From an uncultured Candidatus Rokubacteria bacterium (GTDB lineage: Bacteria; Methylomirabilota; Methylomirabilia; Rokubacteriales; CSP1-6), in NCBI GenBank assembly GCA_963771355.1, contig CAVYTA010000008.1, positions 1 through 64,000 of the forward strand: 64,000 nucleotides of DNA. Direction: 5' to 3'. Under the pieces are notes generated by a model. That model searched no databases and had not been told where the DNA came from. It saw nothing but the letters and a program-made list of their open reading frames with translations. Shown here one piece after another: positions 51,850 through 63,340 of the stretch. Both the position numbers and the translations under genes were made by a program. The number at the start of each line of letters is the position of its first letter. Position 1 is the first letter of the stretch.

Positions 51850-52002
51850 CTACTTGAGCTTTTTTCTGACCGCCAGTCTCCGCGCGAGGATCTGAAGCCG
51901 CTTGGCCAGTCGCTTCTTCATCACCTTGACCTCGCGCTTCACCCGCGCGATCTTTACGTCGAGCTTCCGCTTTCTGATCCGAAGTCGAACCTCGCTCTTC
52001 AT
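51850..52002 (-). CDS. 50-aa highly basic small protein (not in ORF track)
   Basis: MKSEVRLRIRKRKLDVKIARVKREVKVMKKRLAKRLQILARRLAVRKKLK; GAGGAGG RBS; ATG overlaps upstream TGA. Confidence 0.7.
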   Translation of the reverse strand: MKSEVRLRIRKRKLDVKIARVKREVKVMKKRLAKRLQILARRLAVRKKLK

Positions 52003-52877
52003 CAATGTCCTCCTCGTGGTGAAAGGGAACGAATGACCACCGCCAGGTCCTCGCTGGCATGGCCGGCCTCCATCGCCGCCGCGTAGAGCCGCTCCGAGCT
52101 GTCGGTCAGCGGCACCACCGCGCCCACCGTCGCCGCCGCCTCCTGGATCAGGTGCAGGTCCTTCATGAAAAGATCGAGCTTCATCTGCGCCGGGAACTCA
52201 TCGCGGACCATCATGGGCCCGCGGAGCTCCAGCATACGCGAGCTCGCGGCGCTCTTGCCGAGGACGCCGAGGGCACGGGGCAGATCCAGCCCCGCCCGCC
52301 GGGCCAGGTTGAGCGCCTCCGCGGCGGCGGCGCTGTGCAGACCCACCAGGAGATTGGCGATCAGCTTGAGCATCATGGCCTGGCCGGGCCGGCCGATGTG
52401 AACGGCGGCCGGGACGATGGCCTCGAGCACCGGCCGCCAGCGCTCGTAGAGCACGCGGTCGCCGCCGATCAAGAGGATGCCGTCGCCCTGGGCGATCATG
52501 CCGCTGGTGCCGCTGACGGGACAGTCGAGGAAGGCGAGACCGCGGGCGGCGAGCGCGCCGGCGCAGCGCTCGGTGAGCGTGGGCGAGATCGTGCTCATCT
52601 GGACCACGGGCTGGTCGGGGCGCAGCACCGTGATGAGCCCGTCGGGGCCGAGGATGACCTCTTCCACCGCGGCGAGGGAGGGCAGCACGGTGCAGACCGC
52701 CTCCGTCTCGCCGGCCACGGCGACGGGCGAATCCGCGGGCACGACCCCCAGCGCGGTCAGGGCCGCGAGGCGCCCGGGCACGATGTCGTAGCCCACCACC
52801 GCGTGGCCGGCGGCGAGGAAGCGCGAGGCGATGGCCCCGCCGAGGAGGCCCAGGCCGACGATGCCGACGGTAGCCAG
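52002..52877 (-). CDS. beta-hydroxyacid dehydrogenase family NAD(P)-dependent oxidoreductase
   Basis: Frame extends upstream of the track start to (L)ATVGIVGLGLLG; DCPVSG, KLIAN, KDL; CTG 52877 follows GAGGAGGGAG. Confidence 0.88.
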   Translation of the reverse strand: MATVGIVGLGLLGGAIASRFLAAGHAVVGYDIVPGRLAALTALGVVPADSPVAVAGETEAVCTVLPSLAAVEEVILGPDGLITVLRPDQPVVQMSTISPTLTERCAGALAARGLAFLDCPVSGTSGMIAQGDGILLIGGDRVLYERWRPVLEAIVPAAVHIGRPGQAMMLKLIANLLVGLHSAAAAEALNLARRAGLDLPRALGVLGKSAASSRMLELRGPMMVRDEFPAQMKLDLFMKDLHLIQEAAATVGAVVPLTDSSERLYAAAMEAGHASEDLAVVIRSLSPRGGH

Positions 52878-52898
52878 TGGCTCCCTCCTCTCAGCCCG

Positions 52899-54140
52899 CT
52901 AGCACTTGGTGCACGGGGGATAGTCGCGCGAGTAGACAGGGTTCTTGAGGAAGTCCTCCGCCTTGTAGGTCCAGAACTGGCTCACGTTGGAGAAGGTATG
53001 GATGACGGTGTTCTGGAGCCGACCGCCCACGCGCTCCACCTTGCGCACGTAGACGTTCTGGATCGGGTTGCCGAAGTCGTCGAAGCGCATGGGCCCGCGG
53101 GGCGCATCGGAGAGATCCACGCGGCGCAGCGCGCCCAGCAGCTTGTCCGCGCTCTCCACGTCGCCCCCGATGGACTCGAGCGCCACCTTCAGCGCGATCC
53201 CGGCGACGTAGGAGCCCTCCGAGTAATAGGACGGCGTCTGCTTGAACTTGGCTTCGTAGGCCTGGGCGAACTTGCGATTGGCCGGGGTGGCGAGGGCGGC
53301 GGAGTAGTGGAGCGCGGTGACCACGCCCAGCACCTCGTCGCCCATGGTCCGCAGCACGTGCTCGTCGGTGAAGGTGCCGCCGCCGATCAGCGGCAGCTTC
53401 CCCTTGAGCCCGGCCTCCGTGTACTGCTTGGAGAAGCGCAGGGCGTCCGCCCCCGAGAAGACGCAGTACACCGCGTCCACGTCCCGGCGGAGCTGGGCGA
53501 GATAGGGCGAGAAGTCCGCGTTGCCCAGCGGCGGCCAGAGCTTCTGCACGACCTGGCCCCCCGCCTCCTCGAAGGTGCGCTGGAAGCCCGCCGCCACTTC
53601 CCAGCCGAACGCGAAGTCGTAGCCGATCATGGCGATCTTCTTGTAGCCGAGATTGTCGTAGACCCACTTGCCGAAGGGATGGGACGGCTGCGCGCTGGAC
53701 CAGCCGGTGCGCACGATATAGGGGCTGCGCTTGCGCTGGGTGATGTCCTCGGCGGAGACGATGGGGAAGATCGTCGGCACCTTCTTACCGTCGACGTAGG
53801 GCGCCACCGCGTAGCCGATCGCGGCGGAGAGCGGGCCCACCAGCACGTGCACGCCCTGGCTCTCCACCAGGCTGCGCGCCTTGGCCAGCCCGGTGGGGGG
53901 CTTGCCCTCGTCGTCCTCGGTGATGAGCTTCACCTCCCGGCCGGCCAGCTTCCCGCCCTGCTCCTCGAGGAAGAGCTGGATACCATTGGCCATGTCCTTG
54001 CCGTTGGCGGCGAGCGGGCCCGTCTCGGGCAGCAGGAGGCCGATCTTGATCGGCCCCTTCTGCGCGGGCGCCGGCGCCGGGACGAGGGCCACCACCGCGA
54101 CGAGCAGGAGCAGGACGGCGAGCGGGATGAGCTTTCGCAT
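52899..54140 (-). CDS. LivJ/K-type ABC substrate-binding protein
   Basis: Signal peptide, IKIGLL, EDDEGKP, DFAFG, DFSPYL. Confidence 0.9.
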   Translation of the reverse strand: MRKLIPLAVLLLLVAVVALVPAPAPAQKGPIKIGLLLPETGPLAANGKDMANGIQLFLEEQGGKLAGREVKLITEDDEGKPPTGLAKARSLVESQGVHVLVGPLSAAIGYAVAPYVDGKKVPTIFPIVSAEDITQRKRSPYIVRTGWSSAQPSHPFGKWVYDNLGYKKIAMIGYDFAFGWEVAAGFQRTFEEAGGQVVQKLWPPLGNADFSPYLAQLRRDVDAVYCVFSGADALRFSKQYTEAGLKGKLPLIGGGTFTDEHVLRTMGDEVLGVVTALHYSAALATPANRKFAQAYEAKFKQTPSYYSEGSYVAGIALKVALESIGGDVESADKLLGALRRVDLSDAPRGPMRFDDFGNPIQNVYVRKVERVGGRLQNTVIHTFSNVSQFWTYKAEDFLKNPVYSRDYPPCTKC

Positions 54141-54172
54141 GATCTCTCCCTGGGTGGGCGGGCGGCCGCCGG

Positions 54173-54796
54173 TCAGGCGCCGAGCGCCTGGAAGATGTCC
54201 TCGTTGCCGAGAGGCCAGCCGAGCGCGGCCTGCATGAGGCGCAGCGCGAAGCGGTGCATGTCCTCGCCGTCCATCGAGTCCACCGCGTCCGCCGCGATCA
54301 CCACCCGGAAGTCGAGGTTGGTGGCCTCGAAGGCCGCGCAGAGGACGCAGGTGGTGGTGTTGATGCCGGCGAGGATGACGGTGTCGGCGCCCAGACGGCG
54401 CAGCAGGAACTCGAGGTCGGTGGCGTGGAAGGAGCTGTAGCGCTTCTTGCCACGTACCACCCGGTCGCGGGGGTCGTGCAGCTCGGCGATGATCTCGGTG
54501 CCGGGGCTGCCGGCCAGGTTATGACGCAGGATGCCGCGACGGGCCTTGCCTGGGTCGTCGTGGGCGGCCTTCCAGAACGGATTGGCGGCGATCTCGGCGG
54601 GCTCCCGATACTCGGTGACGACGTGGACGACGGGTACTCCGCGCTCGCGCAGTCCGGCCAGGAGCGCCGCCGCCCGCTTGATGACGGGGCCGCAGCGCTC
54701 GGCGGGCAGGGGCAGCGTCGCCACCGCGGGGTCGAGATGGCCGCGATGCATGTCGATCGCAACCGCTACGGTGGTGCGGGGATCGAGTCGGAGCAT
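54173..54796 (-). CDS. isochorismatase-family cysteine hydrolase
   Basis: IDM, KKRYSSF, GINTTTCV. Confidence 0.88.
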   Translation of the reverse strand: MLRLDPRTTVAVAIDMHRGHLDPAVATLPLPAERCGPVIKRAAALLAGLRERGVPVVHVVTEYREPAEIAANPFWKAAHDDPGKARRGILRHNLAGSPGTEIIAELHDPRDRVVRGKKRYSSFHATDLEFLLRRLGADTVILAGINTTTCVLCAAFEATNLDFRVVIAADAVDSMDGEDMHRFALRLMQAALGWPLGNEDIFQALGA

Positions 54797-54851
54797 GGCA
54801 GGTGCTTGCGAAAAGAGTTAGCACAGGCCCCCGGCGAGGGCAATGCGCGCG

Positions 54852-55604
54852 CTAGACCATCACCTGCCCCCCGTTGACGTCCAGGGTGGCGCCGTTGATG
54901 AAGGCGGCGGCGTCCGAGGCGAGGAAGACCACCGCGTCCGCGATCTCGCGCGGCTCGCCGAGCCGCCGCACGGGGATGGCCGCCGCCACCCGCGCCGTCT
55001 CCTCGGGGGTGCGCGCCTTGAGCACGCGCTCGGTGGCGGTGGTTCCCGGCGCCACCGCGTTGACGGTGATGCCGTCGGCGCCCACCTCCAGCGCGAGATG
55101 CCGCGTGAAGCCGATGACCCCCGCCTTGGCCGCCGCGTAATGGGAGGTGACGCGCACCGCCCCCGCCCGGCCCACCACGGAGGCCAGGTTCACGATGCGG
55201 CCGTAGCGCTGGCGCTTCATGATCGGCAGCACCGCCTTCGAGAAGAGGAAGACGCTGGTGAGGTTCGAGGCCATGATGGCTTCCCACTCCGCTTCCGCGA
55301 TGTCCTCGGTGTCGCGAATGACGGCGAAGCCGCCCGCATTATTGACGAGCGCGTCCACGCGCCCCCATCGGGCGAGGACGGCCTCCAGCGCGGCGGCGAT
55401 CTCGGCCGCCCGCGTCACGTCGCAGGAGAGGGGGAGCGCGTCCGCCCCTCGGCCGCGCAGCGTGGCGGCCACCGCGTCGGCACCTCCCGCGTCCAGGTCC
55501 AGCGCGGCCACGCGGGCGCCCTCGCGCGCGCAAGCCTCCGCGATGGCGGCGCCGATGCCCCGCGCCGCGCCGGTGACGATGACGACTTTCCCCTCTAGCC
55601 GCAT
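54852..55604 (-). CDS. short-chain dehydrogenase/reductase
   Basis: TGAARGIG, NNAG, YAAAK, VNAVAPG. Confidence 0.92.
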   Translation of the reverse strand: MRLEGKVVIVTGAARGIGAAIAEACAREGARVAALDLDAGGADAVAATLRGRGADALPLSCDVTRAAEIAAALEAVLARWGRVDALVNNAGGFAVIRDTEDIAEAEWEAIMASNLTSVFLFSKAVLPIMKRQRYGRIVNLASVVGRAGAVRVTSHYAAAKAGVIGFTRHLALEVGADGITVNAVAPGTTATERVLKARTPEETARVAAAIPVRRLGEPREIADAVVFLASDAAAFINGATLDVNGGQVMV

Positions 55605-55683
55605 GTGATGCCTCTCCGGCACCGATAGCACAGCCAGCGCGCGGGTGCTAGTCTGAGGCCCCGGATCCGTAGGAGGCGACAGC

Positions 55684-57162
55684 ATGGTGACATCGGCAGG
55701 ACGGCTCCGCCCCGGCGTCGCCGGCGCGCTCCTCCTCATGCTCGCGGCCGGATGTGCGAGCGATCCCCGGCCCTCGCCGGCGGCCGAATCCGCGACGCCG
55801 CCGCGCGGGGCCGAGGCGCGCGACATGCGGCTGGTGGGCCACGACGGTCTTCAGGCCCGCTCGGCCTACCAACCGGTGATCCAGCGCCAGGGCGGGCGCT
55901 GGATCGCCTATGTCGGGCACCACGGCGGTCGCAAGCTCAACCCGCTGACCGGTCAGATGGAGGAGAGCGGCACCTCCATCGTGGACGTCACCGACCCCCG
56001 GCAGCCGCGTTATCTGCACCACATTCCCGGCGCGCCCGGCGCGGCCGAGGCGGGCGGCGCTTCCATGGTGCGGGTCTGCGAGGGCGCCACCCTCCCCAAG
56101 GGCGCGGCGGGGAAGTTCTACCTCTTGCGCACCATGGGCAATCTCGCCCACGAGATGTGGGACGTGACCGATCCCGCGAAGCCCGCGCGCATCACCACCA
56201 TTGTGTCCGGCCTCGACCACACGCACAAGAATTGGTGGGAGTGCGACACCGGCATTGCCTACCTCGTCTCCGACGGGCGGCCGCAGGGCTGGCGCACCAA
56301 CCGCATGACCAAGATCTACGACCTGTCGGATCCGGCGCAGCCGCGCTTCATCCGCGACTTCGGGCTGCCGGGGCAAGAGCCGGGCTCCACCGGCACGGCG
56401 CCGGAAGGGGTGCACGGGCCCATTGCCTACAAGAACCGCGTCTACTTCGCGTACGGCACCGGCGCCGCCGGCGCCCTCCAGATCGTGGATCGCGACCGCC
56501 TGCTCGCCGGCGAGCCGGGCGCCGCGGACCGCTTCGCGCCCACGCGCGAGAATCTCCTCTACCCGCAGATCGGGCGGCTCGACATGTCACCCGCCTGGGG
56601 TGGGCATACCAGCTACCCGATTCTCGGCCTGCCCATCGCCGACTGGGCGGGGAGCAGTCTGGGGAAGACGCGTGACTACGTGCTGCTGGTCTCGGAGTCG
56701 CTGCGCAACGAGTGTCTGGAGTTCCGTCAGCTTTCCTTCATGGTGGACGTCACCGACGAGTCGCGTCCCTTCTCGGTGTCCACCTTCCAGGTGCCGGCCA
56801 ATCCCGGCGACTTCTGCGCGCGCGGCGGCCGCTTCGGCCCGCACTCCAGCCACGAGTCGTTCACGCCGATCTACTACGGCCGGCTGGTCTTCATCGCGTA
56901 CTTCAACGCGGGGGTGCGCGCGGTGGATATCCGCGATCCCTTTCATCCCCGGGAGGCCGCCTACTTCATTCCTGCCGTCACCGCCGCCACCGCCCCGCGC
57001 TGCGTGAAGGTGGACGGAGCGGACCGCTGCAAGGTGGCGATCCAGACCAACAATGTCGAGGTGGACGACCGCGGCTTCGTCTACCTCGCCGACCGCGCGG
57101 ATACGGGGCTGCACATCGTCGAGCTGACGGGAGCGGCGCGCGGGATCTCGCGGCTGCCCTGA
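55684..57162 (+). CDS. LVIVD-repeat beta-propeller lipoprotein
   Basis: Lipobox AAGC; repeated IVDVTDP/WDVTDP/YDLSDP/VDIRDP; several His. Confidence 0.78.
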   Translation: MVTSAGRLRPGVAGALLLMLAAGCASDPRPSPAAESATPPRGAEARDMRLVGHDGLQARSAYQPVIQRQGGRWIAYVGHHGGRKLNPLTGQMEESGTSIVDVTDPRQPRYLHHIPGAPGAAEAGGASMVRVCEGATLPKGAAGKFYLLRTMGNLAHEMWDVTDPAKPARITTIVSGLDHTHKNWWECDTGIAYLVSDGRPQGWRTNRMTKIYDLSDPAQPRFIRDFGLPGQEPGSTGTAPEGVHGPIAYKNRVYFAYGTGAAGALQIVDRDRLLAGEPGAADRFAPTRENLLYPQIGRLDMSPAWGGHTSYPILGLPIADWAGSSLGKTRDYVLLVSESLRNECLEFRQLSFMVDVTDESRPFSVSTFQVPANPGDFCARGGRFGPHSSHESFTPIYYGRLVFIAYFNAGVRAVDIRDPFHPREAAYFIPAVTAATAPRCVKVDGADRCKVAIQTNNVEVDDRGFVYLADRADTGLHIVELTGAARGISRLP

Positions 57163-57171
57163 GCGTGGCGC

Positions 57172-57936
57172 CTAGAGCGTGACGCCGCCGTCCAGGTAGA
57201 GCGTCTGACCGGTCATGTAGTCGGAGGCGTCGGCGGCCAGGTAGAGGCAGAGAAGGCCGACCTCGCGAAGCCGGCCCACGCGGCCCAGCGGCACCGTGGT
57301 CTTGGCGCTCTGAACGCGCTCGGCATAGCCTCCCTCGCCCGAGGTCACGGCGTCCGGGAAGTACCCCGGTGCGACGGCGTTCACCTGCACGCCGCCCGGC
57401 GCCCACTCGAGCGCCATGGCGCGGGTGAACCCGACCAGGGCGGTCTTCGCCGTGGTGTAGATGCTGAGCCCGGCGCCGCCGCGATGCGAAGCGAACGAGG
57501 CGACGTTGATGACCTTGCCGGAGCCGCGGGCCAGCATGTGCGGCCCGGCCGCCCGGGTGCAGAGGATGGTGGTGGTCAGGTTCACGTCCATCACGAAGCG
57601 CAGGTCGTGGTCCGACAGGCTCACGAGCGGTCCCCGGATCGAGTCGCCGAGATTGTTGACGAGGATGTCGAGCTTGCCGAAGTCGCGGAGGACCTGCGCC
57701 ACCGCCCGCTCGACGTCGTCGGCGCGCGTGACGTCAGCCACCAGCGGGACCACCCGCCTGCCCGTCGAGCGCGCGAGCTCGGCGGCCAGCGGCGTGACGT
57801 GCGTGGCCGTGAGGCTGTTGATGATCACGTCGGCGCCCGCCTGGGCCAGCACCTCGGCGATGCCCTTGCCGATGCCGCGGCCGGCGCCGGTGATCAGGGC
57901 GACCTTGCCGTCCAACCGGTACTCGGGAATGTCCAT
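57172..57936 (-). CDS. short-chain dehydrogenase/reductase
   Basis: TGAGRGIG, YTTAK, VNAVAPG, YMTGQ. Confidence 0.92.
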   Translation of the reverse strand: MDIPEYRLDGKVALITGAGRGIGKGIAEVLAQAGADVIINSLTATHVTPLAAELARSTGRRVVPLVADVTRADDVERAVAQVLRDFGKLDILVNNLGDSIRGPLVSLSDHDLRFVMDVNLTTTILCTRAAGPHMLARGSGKVINVASFASHRGGAGLSIYTTAKTALVGFTRAMALEWAPGGVQVNAVAPGYFPDAVTSGEGGYAERVQSAKTTVPLGRVGRLREVGLLCLYLAADASDYMTGQTLYLDGGVTL

Positions 57937-58050
57937 GATTTCCCTCGCTGACGACCGCGCTCAGAGGCCCGCCGGGAGCCGCGCCGCCAGCGTACACTAC
58001 TCGCGGGCGAGCTCGAAGAGGGTAGAATCAGACCGTAGGAGGACAGAGCC

Positions 58051-59358
58051 GTGGAGAAATTCGAGTACTTCGGCGGCATCCCCGAGGTAGGCATCGTCCC
58101 GCGGGCGCCCCACGCGGGCCCGCTGCTCCGACACGTCTACGAGCAGGAGCATGGGCGCGGCGGCTTCGCGGGGAAGGTGAGCCACACCTATCACCTGTAT
58201 CCGCCCACCAACTGGATCGCGTCGGAGGCGCGGGTGCTCGACGGCCGCGCCTGGGCGCCGGACTGGGAATCGCCGATGCAGCCGGTGGGCGGCACGCATC
58301 ACCTGCTGTCGATGGCCAAGGCGCCGGCGCCGCGCGACGTCTACCGCGGCATGGCGCGACTGGTGGCCAATGCCACGGTGGCCATGAACGTCACCGCCCC
58401 CGCCAGCTCGATGGACTACTTCTTCGAGCACCACTCCGCCACCTGCGTCTACTTCGTGCATCAGGGCGGGGGCACGCTCGAGACCACCTTCGGGCCCATC
58501 GAGTACCGCAAGGGCGACTTCCTCATCGTGCCCAAGGGCATCACGCATCGCTTCGCCCTCCGGCCGGGGCCCCAGTACTACTGGATGTACGAGTCCTTCG
58601 CCGGCGACCCGGAGAAGGGCGAGTCGGCCACCACCGGACGCTTCCTCACCCATAGCCAGAGCGACTACCGGTTCCCGCGCACGCTGGACACGCGCAACGA
58701 GTCCGGCCGCTTCGAGATCGTCTCCAAGGTGGACGACATCTACACGCGGCGCGTGCACGCCACCCATCCCTTCGACGCGGTGGGCTGGCGCGGCGACTAT
58801 CTGCCGTACAAGTTCGCGGTGGAGGACGTGCGCCCGCTCACCGCCGACCGCTCCCACGTGCCGCCGTCGGGCCACACCGTGTTCAAGCTGCCCGGCTGCT
58901 ATCTCTGCGTCTTCACCGTGCGGCGCGCGGAGCGCGAAGGCATGTGGGTGCCCTTCTTCCACAAGAACCTCGATTACCTGGAGACGCTCGGCTATCACCA
59001 CGGTGATTTCTTCAGCGCGGGCGGGGTGGTGCAGCAGGGCATGGTGACCGTGCACCCGGTGGGGCTCCCGCATGGGCCCAAGCCGGCCTCGCTCAAGGCC
59101 TTCCTGGACGGCCAGCGCCCGGAGAAGTTCGACGAGGTCGGCATCATGGCGGACTTCACCAACCCCGCGCGGATCTCCGAGTTCGCGCGCGGCCTTTCGC
59201 GCCCCGACTACATGGGGACCTGGGGCGGCTACACCACCGAGGAGCGCTTCGGCTGGAGCGCGACGCGCCTGGACGAGGTGCGCGCGCTCGGTGACCAGTT
59301 CGCGGACGCGCGCGACGAGCTGCGCCCGCCCATGGGCGACGAGGGCGCCGCGCCCTGA
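58051..59358 (+). CDS. homogentisate 1,2-dioxygenase-like bicupin (divergent)
   Basis: HPFDAVGWRG, HVPPSGH, VPFFHKN...E, HPVGLPHGP Fe-site pattern. Confidence 0.78.
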   Translation: MEKFEYFGGIPEVGIVPRAPHAGPLLRHVYEQEHGRGGFAGKVSHTYHLYPPTNWIASEARVLDGRAWAPDWESPMQPVGGTHHLLSMAKAPAPRDVYRGMARLVANATVAMNVTAPASSMDYFFEHHSATCVYFVHQGGGTLETTFGPIEYRKGDFLIVPKGITHRFALRPGPQYYWMYESFAGDPEKGESATTGRFLTHSQSDYRFPRTLDTRNESGRFEIVSKVDDIYTRRVHATHPFDAVGWRGDYLPYKFAVEDVRPLTADRSHVPPSGHTVFKLPGCYLCVFTVRRAEREGMWVPFFHKNLDYLETLGYHHGDFFSAGGVVQQGMVTVHPVGLPHGPKPASLKAFLDGQRPEKFDEVGIMADFTNPARISEFARGLSRPDYMGTWGGYTTEERFGWSATRLDEVRALGDQFADARDELRPPMGDEGAAP

Positions 59359-60359
59359 TGCGTCTCGGCCTCTTCTCGGTCGTCGATCACTATCCCGCCG
59401 AGCTCGGGCGTGCCACCGGAGACTTCTACGCGGAGCTGCTCGAGCAGGCCGAGGCCGCGGACGAGTGGGGCTTCGACTCCTTCTGGGTAGCCGAGCATCA
59501 CTTCCATGAGTACGGCGCGGTTCCCCGGCCGCCGGTGCTGCTGGCCGCCGCCGCCCAGCGCACGCGCCGCATTCGTCTCGGCTCGGGCGTGGTGGTGCTG
59601 CCCTTCGACCACCCGCTGCGGGTGGCCGAGGACTACGCCATGGTGGACGTGCTCTCGGGTGGCCGGCTCAACCTCGGCGTGGGCTCGGGCTATCTCAAGC
59701 ACGAGTATGCGGGCTTCGGCGTGGACCCGGAGGACAAGCGCGCGCGCTTCGACGAGGCGCTGGAGATCCTGCTCCGCGCGTGGACGGGCGAGCGCTTCTC
59801 CTACGCGGGGCGCTATCACCACGTGCAGGACGTCCGCCTGAACGTCACCCCCGTGCAGCGGCCGCGGCCGCCGGTGTGGGTGGCCACCCTCCGCACCGAC
59901 GGGGGCGCCCGCATCGGCGCGCGGGGGCTGCCCGCCATGTTCATTCCCTACGCCTCCGCGGAGACGCACGTCGAGATGGCGGCCGGGCTGGCCGCGTATC
60001 GCGCCGCCTTCGTGGCGGCGGGCGGGCGCCCCGCCGACGCCACCGCGCCCTTCGGGCTTCACGCGTTCTGCTCCGACACCACCGCCGAGGCGCGGGCGGA
60101 GACGCGGCCCGCCATGGAGCGATATGTCCGCACGCGGCTCTACGCCGTGCAGCGGCCGTTCGAGACCCTCGTCGATCAGGATGTGGTCGCGGTCGGTGAT
60201 CCCGACGAGGTGCTGCGCGTGGCCCGGCGCTATGCCGAGGCCGGCTTCACCCACTTCCTCGCCATCGCCAACTTCGGCGGGATCCCGCACAAGCGGGTGC
60301 TCCGCTCGATGGAGCTGATGGCCAAGCATGTCCTCCCCCACCTTCCAGGAGAGCCCTGA
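59358..60359 (+). CDS. luciferase-like (LLM class) monooxygenase
   Basis: GFDSFWVAEHHF, PLRVAEDYAMVD, SGGRLNLGVGSG. Confidence 0.9.
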   Translation: MRLGLFSVVDHYPAELGRATGDFYAELLEQAEAADEWGFDSFWVAEHHFHEYGAVPRPPVLLAAAAQRTRRIRLGSGVVVLPFDHPLRVAEDYAMVDVLSGGRLNLGVGSGYLKHEYAGFGVDPEDKRARFDEALEILLRAWTGERFSYAGRYHHVQDVRLNVTPVQRPRPPVWVATLRTDGGARIGARGLPAMFIPYASAETHVEMAAGLAAYRAAFVAAGGRPADATAPFGLHAFCSDTTAEARAETRPAMERYVRTRLYAVQRPFETLVDQDVVAVGDPDEVLRVARRYAEAGFTHFLAIANFGGIPHKRVLRSMELMAKHVLPHLPGEP

Positions 60360-60360
60360 T

Positions 60361-61251
60361 ATGGCCACGCGGGTCGAGACGCCCTATACGCAGCGCGCGC
60401 GCTACTACTCGTCGCTGGACGGCTTCAATATCCACAAGCCGAAGATTCCCGCGCACATCTTCCGCGCCGAGCGCGACCGCGCCTTCGATCCCGCCACGCC
60501 CACCGGGCTCATCGCCTGCGACCTCTCGCGCGAGCTCGAGATCGGCTTTCCCGCCACCGCCCCGCTGGCGCTGGCGCGCTATGCCCGGATCCGCGCGGGG
60601 GAGCGCCTCACCACCCGCTTCGCGGCCAGCGGCGCGCTCTACTACGTCATCACCGGCGCGGGCGAGTCCACCCAGGACGGCGACGTGATCGCCTGGGACG
60701 AGGGCGACGCCTTCTGTCTGCCCGGCGGCGCCGAGACCGCCCACGCGACGGCCACCGACAGCCTGCTCTACGTGGTCACCAATGAGCCCATGCTGGCCTT
60801 CGAGCGCCTCCAGCCGCCCGCCGCGGGCCGCGCGCCCATCGAGGCCGCGCACTTCCCCGCGGACGAGATCGGCCGGCAGCTCGACGCCATCCACCGGCTG
60901 GCGATGACGGCGGAGATGCCGGGCAAGTCCATCTCGTTCGGCACCGCCGGGCTCGAGGCCGAGCACGTCGCGCTGCCGTCCTTCACCTTCTCGATGAACT
61001 CGCTGTCGCCGGGCGAGATGCAGCGGGCTCACCAGCACAATGCGGTGGCGGTGACCCTCATCGTGCAGGGCGAGGGCTGCTACTCCCTGATCGACGGCCG
61101 CCGGGTGGCCTGGGAGCCGTGGACGGTGATGCTCACCCCGCCCGGCGCGATGCACTCGCACCACAACGACGGCGACCGGCGGGCGCTCTTCCTCATCGTC
61201 CAGGACGGCGGCCTCCACTACCACACGCGCACCATGGGCTTCTCGTATTGA
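60361..61251 (+). CDS. bicupin, gentisate 1,2-dioxygenase-like
   Basis: QRAHQHNAVAV...TPPGAMHSHHN...QDGGL; N-terminal cupin lacks HxH. Confidence 0.75.
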   Translation: MATRVETPYTQRARYYSSLDGFNIHKPKIPAHIFRAERDRAFDPATPTGLIACDLSRELEIGFPATAPLALARYARIRAGERLTTRFAASGALYYVITGAGESTQDGDVIAWDEGDAFCLPGGAETAHATATDSLLYVVTNEPMLAFERLQPPAAGRAPIEAAHFPADEIGRQLDAIHRLAMTAEMPGKSISFGTAGLEAEHVALPSFTFSMNSLSPGEMQRAHQHNAVAVTLIVQGEGCYSLIDGRRVAWEPWTVMLTPPGAMHSHHNDGDRRALFLIVQDGGLHYHTRTMGFSY

Positions 61252-63270
<2,019 letters not shown>

Positions 63271-63287
63271 CTCGCGACACAGTCGCT

Positions 63288-63340
63288 CGCGTGCGGCTCT
63301 CGGGCGCCGCGTCGCATCTGGACCTTTTTGAGCCGCCGGC
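63288..63340. repeat. right part of the palindromic REP-like element
   Basis: GCGTGCGGC, GGGCGCC, CCTTTTT, AGCCGCCGGC mirror 62081-62132. Confidence 0.85.
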
